A DNA stretch of 64,000 nucleotides from Tubiluchus corallicola (Eukaryota > Animalia > Priapulida): positions 930,001 to 994,000 of the forward strand of contig JAQGDQ010000026.1 in assembly GCA_030141605.1 (NCBI GenBank), read 5' to 3'. A program made the position numbers and the translations under genes. This document shows, piece after piece, positions 53,581-64,000 of this stretch (position 1 is its first letter; each line of letters begins with the position of its first letter). The notes beneath the pieces are model-generated. The model worked only from the letters and a program-made list of their open reading frames with translations, was not told the DNA's origin and ran no database searches.

Positions 53581-55497
53581 AACAACGCTTCTATACCTTT
53601 TGTTTTGTTTTAATGTGTTATCGGACTCCAAGTTTAACACGTGTCAATTTGGGAGAGTTTTTATTTGCCATTAGGCTACTAATTAGGTACATACAAACAA
53701 ACGCATACCTATTTGATTCTGCTTTTAGCCGAGTCTACGTACTAATTACGCACACTACCCGTCTGTACACTGACAGCCGCTACTTGCTTGTCTTACATTG
53801 ACTAGCAACATCAGTGTCTCATAATGGCTACAAATTGTTTAACAAATGGAGCGAGCCGTGTCGGGGCTCCCTTCTTGCAAAATCAGATCGTGTCGAAGAA
53901 GTGGCTTCCCTATTGAAACTAATATGCTTTGCGGCCGGCGAGTTAAAGGTACCGCGGGAAGCTCGAGCCGAGAGAAAACTACATTTACACCGCGTGCCAA
54001 AGATTCCTTAGCTTCTCCATTGGGCGATTCTAGTCCACGTGGGAGTGAGGGAGTCCTCTAGCAGTGTTGTCAAACTGTGTTGGGACAGGAGCGTCTTTTA
54101 TGTAAACAAACTACGTTTGCTGACACCACTTTTTCGAACACCCAACTAACGAAGGATGGAAATTGATGAAGAAAAACGTTAAGTTGCTGAATAAAGTACA
54201 TGTTAAAAATATTTACCACCCGGAAATAAGCAATTCTTACAAAACTGACATTAGTAAACATTTCTATTTACATAATCCGTGTGCAGTATGTCCGCTGAAA
54301 AGAATAATAAATTATGAAAAACTAAAATTGGGCTTGCTTAGCTATGTACATGTATAATAGTTGTCAATTACCTCTATATATTTAATTATACAAAAATTAT
54401 TAAAAAATTCAAAAAGAAATTTGAAGGCATACCCATTAATTTTTCCGCCCTTCTATGGTAAAAAATAATTGAGCTAGCATTTGCTAGGCATTGGTTGTTT
54501 TTGGACCACTACAAAAGATGCCTATTCGCAAACTCTGAGTTGTTAAGAATTGCGCAATCCAGGTGTGCTATGGAGCATCTCCTGGGATCGCCCCTGAAAC
54601 GAGATTCTCTTCTGTTAATTGATATACACTGCCCCCTGACTCCCTTCTTAACACTCCAGTAGAGTACAGCGCCTCCACCACAAAGCCTCCGAGGGCTTAA
54701 CATTAAGCTTAGGTGCTAACTTGGCATTGTTCTTCTCCCACATCTCATTTGTATCATTTGTTTAGCAGCAGCATCCGACCTAGCTCTCATGACAGGTGTA
54801 AAAACTCAGCATCACGCTAATGTTCGGGTAAGCAGTAAACTGGCGGCATGTTCAAAGGCAATTCGCACACTTACCTGCTTGATTGGGGCGAGTTTTTGCC
54901 TTCGATAGACAGGACTATCAAATTTATTATAGTGTCAAACGACCGTACTATAAAATATTTTGCTGGGAATGCTCTTGAAAAATAAGGGGTGCTGCGCTGT
55001 GGCTGTTTTAAATAAAAAGGAAAGAAGAACCATCATTGGTTGGAAACGCCGCAGCACTTTGGTCCGCATGACTTGCTGACAATCTACTCAAACTCGCTGA
55101 TAGTGATCCTGCCAATGATTTTGTTTTTCCAAATTTGCGGCTTCTTTGTGCAGCAGACTTTCTCAATGGAGCGGCTCCTCTAACTTTATTGATTCGAAAA
55201 ATTTGCGCTTGTCACTCTGGCACGGGCGAGAAGAAGCCATTATATTAGCTGTGTACAAGATTCCAAAATCAACAAGCAGCCGCAAAAACTTCCTTAACAA
55301 TAACTGACGCCTTGGTTTATTTACATTGCGATTAGTGCTTATGACTTGACAGTTTGACAGTTTTTTCATAAATGCGCTTGTGATTACATGCAGAAACAGT
55401 TCCTAAGTAGTTTCATACGACTGATTTAATTATTTCTAGAACGAACCGCTTTAAAAACATGAAACATTGTATGAAACAGCTTCTAGTTTATTGGTTT

Positions 55498-55535
<38 letters not shown>

Positions 55536-55756
55536 CGTTTGAAATTCCGTATTTTTAGTAATCTGAATATAGCTTTAAAACGCGTGTGAATAAGCAGCAT
55601 AGTTATCTTCAAATAAACAATTTCGCTCCGTATCAGAAATACTAGTTGTTTTTTTTCTACACGATTGCTGAAATGCGCTAGATTTGCCTTAAAGATTTAA
55701 TTACAGTATCACAATGATTATTATAGTGGTTTATATTTATAATAAATTGCGCAACA

Positions 55757-55792
<36 letters not shown>

Positions 55793-55850
55793 CAAATATA
55801 ATGAAAAACTCTTAGACCGGCGCATCGAGTCCTATGTACTTGTACAACTC

Positions 55851-56130
55851 ACCTGCATCCTACCGGACTACTACTGTTACCTGATTTCTCACACTTTCTC
55901 AGCGTTACTTTTGTATTGGTGTAAAGAAAAACAAACTCACCTTTTCTTGAATTTACTCGAGTTTTTTAGCTAAACACTTCCTGTTGTTGGTCTCGTACAA
56001 TTCTTGGTAGATCCAGCATGAATCCAGCATAGAAAGCAAGCTTAGGTCACATCGCGGGCTACAAACAAACAGGCGTGCTCATTGGTCGGCGGCGAGATCA
56101 AAGCGTTTCGTGTTTATTTAATTGGCCAAT
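55851..56130 (-). promoter_or_regulatory. Probable Notum promoter and non-coding first exon
   Basis: Donors AAG|GTGAGT (55940), CAG|GTAACA (55880) and CAG|GTGAGT (55852); CCAAT boxes at 56081 and 56121; TCF site AGATCAAAG (56095-56103) next to CGGCGGC. An acceptor at 50207 lies 10 nt upstream of the ATG. Confidence 0.6.
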
Positions 56131-56972
56131 CAGCAATGCGTAAACACGGGCGCATGAATGGGACGGAAAATGTGTGAAAACATCTTCGGACCAGCGACAT
56201 TTTGTCACCTATTGTATTCGACATGCTCGACCGCTAGGAGTCGCCTGTTTCCCATAAATGTTTTGTCATTTGTTCACCTCCAAAAGACACAAACGAGACG
56301 ATGCACTTGGCAAAATGGCTTGCATGTTTACTAGACCCGGCTTAGTTCAGTTCATTTCAATGCCTAGACCTTTTCATACCAAGGTAAGTAGTCAAAACTG
56401 CTAGTCGGCTGAAAAAACACAAACTTAGACAATGCTTGAAATTCCTATCTCACGACGTTTCTTCGTTATATCGCTAAGAAGCTTTTTCCACAATTAATAT
56501 TTTGGAATAACACCCAACTCATACGACCATCATCTGAAACTCTTGCCCAAATAACCATCTTCTTTCATTTTCATAATAAGGACAATGCTGTAAAATGTGA
56601 TATAAATTCTCCAAGCCCAAACCACATTTATAAAGTCTATCGCGTTCAGCTATCTTCCACCTAAATAATGGATTTCCAATGTACCAACTCTTGTTTTCAC
56701 CAGCAACTCCGTATTATACATATCGTTCATCCAGCTTTCTAAATAAGGCCGTGGTTTGTTATTCAAACATATATTAGCGGTAGAACATGCTACAAGTTTA
56801 TCCCGCCATAATTGTAAACCTTTTCCCTCACCTTTTTTTCAATGAACTGATTCCAACCCTTTTCAATAAAATTTGCGTCAGCTAGTTTCTTCAACCCATC
56901 CTGTAATCTTATTACAATCTTATGAGATCCATTGTATTGCATTTGATTAGTTAGAATGTAAGTAAGAATTAT

Positions 56973-58203
56973 CCCGGTAAAATGGAACAGGAAAAATAGC
57001 ACAAATGGAAAACTATGTAAAAACGACACAGGTAAAAATCGCACAGGAAAAACGGCACAGTAGGGGTTAAGGTTTACTTTGGGGGATATTTTTTTAGTTT
57101 TTACCTCTGCCAAGGAAGTTATGCTTCAACACAGTTTCTTTGTTTGTTCGTTTGTTTGGTTGGTTGTTTTTGTCTGTTATAGCAGTAAGCTTATTAGCAA
57201 AAACTACCTAACAGATTTCCCTGAAACTTTGCGAAGAAAGTGGGCATCGGCTGTTAAAATGGGTGTTTTTCGGCCGTTCTTTTTTCACAAAACTTGACCG
57301 AACACCACGTACAAAAAAAGTTCGTGGCGGTCTCAGAGGGAGCATTTAGTGCTTCTTTTTATTATTTCCACCAGAACAAACAACTACGAATTAGTTCCAG
57401 GTTCCATTTCGAGAAGTTCTCGCTTAGAAACAGTCTATAACCTTTTCTTATTAATGTGTATAGCCTTATAAGCTGACTTGGTATGTAAATACACAAACCT
57501 ATTACCATCGCCAAAATTAATGGTCAAGAAACGCAGATAAACTCTATGTGGAATATTCGTGAATTATTGATTATAATTCTAAAAAATATGAACAAAGTAT
57601 TTTGTTAGTCTTTTGTTAGTGTATATAACACCAGTACAAGTATATTTTTAGAACAAACAACTACGAATTAGTTCCAGGTTCCATTTCGAGAAATTCTCGC
57701 TTGGAAACACTGTCTATAACCTTTTTTTTATTAATGTGTATAGCCTTATAAGCTGACTTGGTATGTAAATACACATACCTATTACCATCGCCAAAATTAA
57801 TGGTCAAGAAACGCAGATAAACTCTATGTGGAATATTCGTGAATTATTGATTATAATTCTAAAAAATGAACAAAGTATTTTGTTAGTCTTTTGTTAGTGT
57901 ATATAACACCAGTACAAGTATATTTTTGTGTGTTGGCTTCTTTATTTTTGTTTTACGCTTTTTTAATCAAAAGAATCAGACGGACAAGTATTGGTTTGTT
58001 TGGCTTTGACAGATATCTGCTTCCTACTGAGCGCATTCTAATTTTATTATAGAAATCAACTGCATCAAAATAACTTTTGTGCTATTTTTTCCTACTTTTC
58101 CATTTGTGCCTTTTTTCCTTTGCCATTTTTTCCTGTGCCATAATTCCGGTACCACATTTACCGTACATTTTCCTGTGCCATTTTTACCTGTGCCATTACC
58201 GGG
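56973..58203. mobile_element. Non-autonomous DNA transposon with (AAAATGGCACAGG)-subrepeat TIRs; contains a HINE-like insert and a tandem duplication
   Basis: Both ends read CCCGGTAA inward; GGCACAGGAAAA subrepeats are inverted. HINE/DINE-like start TTTTTACCTCTGCCAAGGAAGTTATG...GTTTGTT at ~57098. Confidence 0.65.
57373..57927. repeat. Two near-identical ~277-bp tandem copies
   Basis: 57373-57649 and 57650-57927 both begin AGAACAAACAACTACGAATTAGTTCCAGG and end CCAGTACAAGTATATTTTT. Confidence 0.93.
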
Positions 58204-58313
58204 CATCGATTAATTGTTATGATGTCTGAAATAAGTTTATAACTTTGAGTGTTTTTGTCAATATAAACCTAATTTCACATTCAGACTGTTTGTATTCTCT
58301 AGGGTGCGCGATA

Positions 58314-59662
58314 AGTTTGGTACTAGTAATTTTGGTACAAGGAAGCTTTGGTACAGGGAAAATTTGGTACAGAGAAAATATTGTACTGGTAAATATGGTA
58401 CTAACGAAGTTTTGTCAGACATTTTTGCCACAAGTAAATATGGTACAAGGTAAAAATGGTACGGAACAAGTTTGGTACTAGGAAATTTTAGAACTCAGAA
58501 AGTTTGGTACTAGGAAAATATATTTTTTGTATAACCTACTCGAACAAGTTATAGAGGCTCATATTGTTACATTTGTTTTAGTTGTTTTTGTTTGCTTCCT
58601 GTTTGTCTGTTGTTTGTTATTTGTCATTGTTGTTGTTATTGTTGTTTGTCAATTTCTTGTTCGTTCTTTTGTTGTGATTACAACCACTATCACCACTATC
58701 ACCACCACCACCACCACCACCATTATTATCATTATTGCTGCATCATGCCACCACTGTTACTTTTGTCGTTTTGTTGCTGTTGTTATTGTTGTTTTGTAAC
58801 TGTTGCTGTCGTTGTTTTTGTTGCTGCTGTTGTTGTTGCTATTGTTGTTGTTACTGATGTTGTTGTTATTCTTGCCGTATGTTACTTCTTGCTTGCTGCT
58901 TTTGTTGTCCTCAACATCGTCGTCATCTTAATCATGAAAAAGTGCAGTTCTCACTCCCCACCGTAGGCCTCGCGAGAAACCGAACTATGTTTATGCAGGA
59001 CGTTTCTGTCCAGTGATATCATTAGCCATCACCGACATGTTCTTATCTCAGTTTCACCATTTTAATAAAAAAAAACGCAGAAAGTGATCATTTTTCCGGA
59101 AAAAACTAATTGACCGACTTTTTTTGAAAAATTCGCATGGTGAGTTGGAGACCTTTAATTTTTTGCTGAAAAAATTCTCAAATGTACCTGCATGGGTGGA
59201 ATAATCACGGATAAAATTTTAGCTGCCACACACTATTAATTACAGTATACTGTTTCATGAACTTTTTAATAAATCAGACTTTCCTTGTACCAGATTTCCT
59301 CCCTACTGAATAAAATTCTTTATTTTCTAGTTGAAACAATTATTTTACACTGAGATATAGAAATGCTTTCTTTGTCGTTTAGTATCAAATTTTCCTCGTA
59401 CCATATTTTCATAGTACCAAAACTTCCTTCTACCAATATTTCTTAGTAATAAAAAATCCTGGTACCATATTTTCCTCGTACCAAACATTCCCCGTACCAC
59501 ATTTTCCTACTATTAAGAATTCCTTGTACCTAAAGATGATAGTGCCAAATTTACCTGTACCAAAATTACCACGTACAAAGAATTTCTAGTACCAAATTTT
59601 CCCGGTACCAAAATATCTTCGTACTAAAATTACCAGTACCAAACTTTCTTGTACCAAACTTT
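58314..59662. mobile_element. Foldback-type element whose inverted arms are made of ~20-bp TTTGGTAC..GAAA subrepeats
   Basis: Left arm 58314-58520 aligns with the reverse complement of right arm 59279-59662; interior is degenerate (GTT)n/(CAC)n. Confidence 0.7.
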
Positions 59663-62490
59663 TCTACATTCAGTTTCTAGATGCTAAAAGATAACAAGCA
59701 TAATCTTGATGTATGTTACGCCCGACACGACGACGACGGCGACTGACACGACGACAATTATAATGAAGGTAGTCGATGGCGCAGGTGATAGTGATGATGA
59801 TGGAAGTGGTAGTGGTGACCATGAGGATCATTAAACATTTTGTTTCATTAAACAAAGTCAAAGTTTATTAGTTAAATAGCGGTTAAATGACAAATGTCAG
59901 ACGCGAATTCTCTCTTAAAGTCTAAAAGTCATAAGCCAGCAAATCATTTATACTGCCAGCCTATCAAGTCTTTTTTAAAAGCATTTGATACCGAGTTTAA
60001 ATTAAGGTCTTTTATATAATAATCAAATAAAAAAACTTTTATATTTGATTTATAGGGTCACATAATAAGTCGTATCAAATCAAACGTGTATTATGCTACG
60101 ATATGTTATCCTTACTTAGTTTATTTAAAACTTGTTTTACTACATTCGCATCTAAAACAAATACAAATATGAAAAGTGATTTCAATGTACAAGGTTCGTA
60201 TAAGTACATAACGAAGAGTTATTAACAATAATAAAAATAACTTTAAATTAAAGAAATCTCATATTTTGCTGCCCACAGCATAACAAACATTAAATATTAG
60301 TTATCCATTTGCTGTAAGCCCTGTCATTTCAACATAAACGTTGTTGTTGTCACTTGAATTTTTGCTGCGAATTTATATTTACGACTTAGAGAATTTCATA
60401 AAAATATTATTAAGTAAATGGCAAGATCAAAACTGCCTTTGCATGAAAGCAGATATTATTGCATTTTTCTCTAACAACCACACATCCATCTTCCTTAAGG
60501 GAGTAAACAATATTTCTTTCCACATTTTCATTTTCTCCGCGCAGAGCTATAACTGCTGGAACTGTGGCGGTGCCTTTGATGTGCGTCGGCGCTATTGATG
60601 TAATTAGCGGCCCATTAAGGAATCTGCGCCCGACCTTCTAGATGCAGTTGTGGGCCTATTTAAAACTTGTGAGACGGTAAACCCAGCTTACAGTCTCCCC
60701 TCATTAAGTGATTATGACGTAGGCAGTGATACCAGTGGCACCGAGTTTTATTTTATTGATTCTTGAATTCTTGGAAGAATGAGAAAACGTAAATTTCGAC
60801 TCCAAATTCTGCTGCAACTGATTTAATATTTCCAGAGGATTGTATTATTTGCGAGCTTAAGACACTTCGTTAAACCAAATTATTCTCGCTAAGTTTGCAA
60901 TATATATTTACCAGTACTACTATATAATACTAGTACTTATATCTCGACTATAATTACTTTCTTGGACTTAGTGTAAAGTAATATCTCATTTACATTTTCA
61001 ATAAATGCAATTTACGCAGTAAAGTCAGCTAATTTGACAAACACATAATTTAACATAATGAACGGTAAGTTATGCTTTTAAAACGCCAACACTTTATTGT
61101 GAGTATTATATCATAATTTTTATCACTTCTGTGACTGTTGTCTCCACTTAGGTGTAATATAAATTTACTATTTTAATTAGAGCAAAGATCAGAATTAGAT
61201 GGATGTTACTTTAACAGGACATTCAGGGCACCTTGGACACTAGACGCTTCCATAGCTCCTTTTGCTGCTTTTGCAATCTGTACGGAAAGAAAATAAATTA
61301 TTAAATCGTATATAAGTGAGTACAATGGGTGATATCAATATCCCATAATAAATTGCTATTGATTTAGTGCGCGGCAAGTTTCATGTCAAAATATTTTTAC
61401 TTACAACACTTTGATCTTTGTTGATTAGATGCAAGGCGGTTTCCATACACTCAATAAAAGCACCTCTCAAATCAGATTTTAGGTGTAAAGTTGTTGGAGA
61501 GTGTTTACTGTTGTGATTAAACTCTGGCGCGGAGGAATTTAGTTTGCATCAAATTGCTCGGCGGAGTGGTTTGCCACTGATTTACATCATCGATTCTTGG
61601 TGGCTTATGGCTTTGTGTCGGCGAGTAATTCTTTTTGCAAACTTTCCCATAATAAATATGATACTGGTAGCTTTAACTGGAGTGATTTATACTGGGATTA
61701 TACGCCTCCTACGCCTGCTGGTTCAGTTTGTGGCCTTACACGCGAGTGTTGCTCCAGGGCGATCTGCACAACAGCGTTGCGTTCATTCTTCTGAAACTTC
61801 AAGCGGTGATCGAAGCCTGGAGCAAATTTTTGAACAAAAAACGAAAGCTTGGTTAAATGCGCGAACATGGTATAATAGTTTAACTTTGGCTTAATTTAAA
61901 AAAAGGCCAGATTTTCTCAATTTTTGCTTCATTTATGCTTACGTAAAAAAAGCCAAAATAGCACAATTTTGTATTTATTATAAAAAGAAATTTTCTGAGC
62001 TATAAGAGACACGTGAAATCACAGATCGTGTGATATTTTCGCGAATTCTTTCATTAATTTCCTTATTGAAACATCGGGAAAATTATTCTAAAGTCATTTC
62101 ATTCGTCCAAACTACGCATGCTTTACCGAATTAATTACTGGAGAGACTACAGCCAAAAAATTTCTATGATCTCTAAAATCACTGAACCAGGCTGTTCACT
62201 CATATCAACAATATAAGCCAATTAGGAAAGGCAATGATTTTTTGAAATATAATTTGTATATACTCGTCAGTACCTACTCATCAGTCAAACTCATCTGTGA
62301 TTATTCCTGACCAAATACTTTTTAACAAACTACAGTAAGTTAATGGGTTTCAAAAATCCTTCAGCCCGGTGGTATATCATAACTTTCCTTTACACAGATA
62401 ACTTAATGATACCTCGGTTATTTACCTCAGTTATCTCACTGCTTATTGCAGTTGTACTTTTATTATTTTTTTGTCATTTTCCAATATCAT

Positions 62491-62570
62491 AGACCAGACG
62501 GTACGATCGAATTGTAACGCGTGTGTTTTCCGTCTTGGAGGTCGTTAGTTCGATACTGCGGCCTTGTCTT
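62491..62570 (+). mobile_element. Decayed tRNA-derived SINE head
   Basis: GGAGGTCGTTAGTTCGATAC box B-like motif with an upstream box A-like segment. Confidence 0.3.
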
Positions 62571-63870
62571 TGCAAATAAGATACGTGTTTTCATTATAGA
62601 GGTATCGTTTAGTTAAAAATTATAGTGGACAATAGTTTTGACTAAATGAAATAATGGAGACAATAATGAAATAAAACAAAATATAAAACGGAGTACAGTA
62701 ATGCATGGATAGTTGTGAAATAAAAGTAAAATTGAACGCGTAAAATCGACAGCAGGTAAGCCACTACAAATACATTTATTTATACAGTATTATATATTTA
62801 CTGGGTAATTACGTTTCACACAATAGATAAATACACTGCTTACAAAAATATAAATACATACATATATAACGCTATAGAACATATATTACATTAGTAACAA
62901 TACAATAATAAAAGTTAAATACAAGAATTTAAACTAAAGGCAAAACATGAAGGATAAATAGAACAAACACGAAATAAAACTGAAAGGTGAAAAGTTCAAA
63001 TTTTCAGAAAATACTGCTTCTCGCACTTTTGTGGAAAATTTGTGTTGTTTTATGTGTTATAGTGACTGGCTGCCTGAAAATGAGTGGTGTCTTCTCTTTA
63101 GGCTAATTTTCTCCCAAAAAGATTATTTTCTCCCTGATTTTTAAAACTCACAGAACTATTTCCAAAATATATCACCCATTCTGAGCTTAGTAAGCCTTAC
63201 AGGATAAAGCGTATGCCTAATGAACTGGCCTCGTTAAGATTTAGCACAAAAAGGTCACATTGAAATTTGAACACAATGGCTCAAGTTGTATGACTTGTTT
63301 GAAATCTTAAAATTAACATTAATATAAATTGTTATTGTCTGTGAATCTGCATGTTTCATGTACTTATATGAAGGTGTTCATCTAGATAGAAATTAAATGA
63401 GCTATGTGCCACCAGAACTTCTGAATAAAAATGTTTAAATGGTAGGCGCAGTCGATCTTGAATCGATTTTCGTTCAGCTTTGCTTTTATAAACGAATAAT
63501 TTATAATCAACAAATTGCTATTTTCGTGCCTTGTTCTTGAAATTGATTTCCCCGTCAACGTGAATCAACACTAAATCGGTATTCAAATCGTAACTTCCAT
63601 TTTGTTTTAAATTTTCATCTCTAGAGTAATTCAAATAGGGTATTAAAAGCTGTAGTACAATATTACTGCACACATCTGTATTTGAGAAAATTCTGCCTAA
63701 AACAATAAACGACATATAACAGGCCGTGTTCAACTTAGATTTAAGGTTCTACTTCACGGCAGAATCGTCTTACACCCGGTTTAATCAGCTGCATAGCAAA
63801 ATGATCTTGATTCACCTCCTCCGGTTTTTATTATTTGTTTGAACCTTTTTGTTTTTGTTTTTTTATAACT

Positions 63871-63909
63871 CGCACACGCACACCGCACACACACACACAC
63901 ACACGCACG

Positions 63910-63943
<34 letters not shown>
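63871..63943. repeat. (CA)n/(CACG)n microsatellite
   Basis: Read directly. Confidence 0.95.
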
Positions 63944-63948
<5 letters not shown>

Positions 63949-64000
63949 AGGATAACGAAACTCACAGGGCACTCTCCCCAGAAAGAAACATTTATGGTTA

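Noticed and set aside
58527-58966. Val-rich and His/Cys-rich ORFs
   Set aside because: Translations of degenerate (GTT)n/(CAC)n inside the foldback element.
57373-59662. CRISPR-like array
   Set aside because: Eukaryotic context, degenerate contiguous subrepeats without unique spacers, inverted arrangement and no cas genes.
61544-61894. 116-aa ORF in a CpG-rich patch
   Set aside because: Non-ATG start, no domain or splice support; more likely regulatory DNA.

Overview
AT-rich, intron-rich animal (invertebrate-like) genomic DNA; not prokaryotic. I reconstructed five protein-coding genes by hand, and all exon phases are consistent. (1) The 5' four coding exons of tomosyn/STXBP5 on the minus strand, running off the left edge. 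Its second intron is a ~14 kb minor-spliceosome (U12-type) intron. (2) A two-exon CHST8-14-family carbohydrate sulfotransferase nested antisense inside that U12 intron. (3) An intronless single-domain rhodanese that resembles bacterial proteins. (4) An 11-exon coproporphyrinogen III oxidase (CPOX). (5) A convergent 12-coding-exon Notum (Wnt deacylase) with an intact catalytic triad, surrounded by repeated TCF HMG-site + Helper-site pairs. The U12 intron also holds a 5S-rRNA-headed SINE with an RTE-LINE-derived tail, sandwiched between two long microsatellites, plus a second perfect U12 donor. The rest is MITEs (hAT, Tc1/pogo, foldback), LINE and mariner remnants, and simple repeats. No database searches could be run; family assignments rest on recognised motifs and remembered family features.
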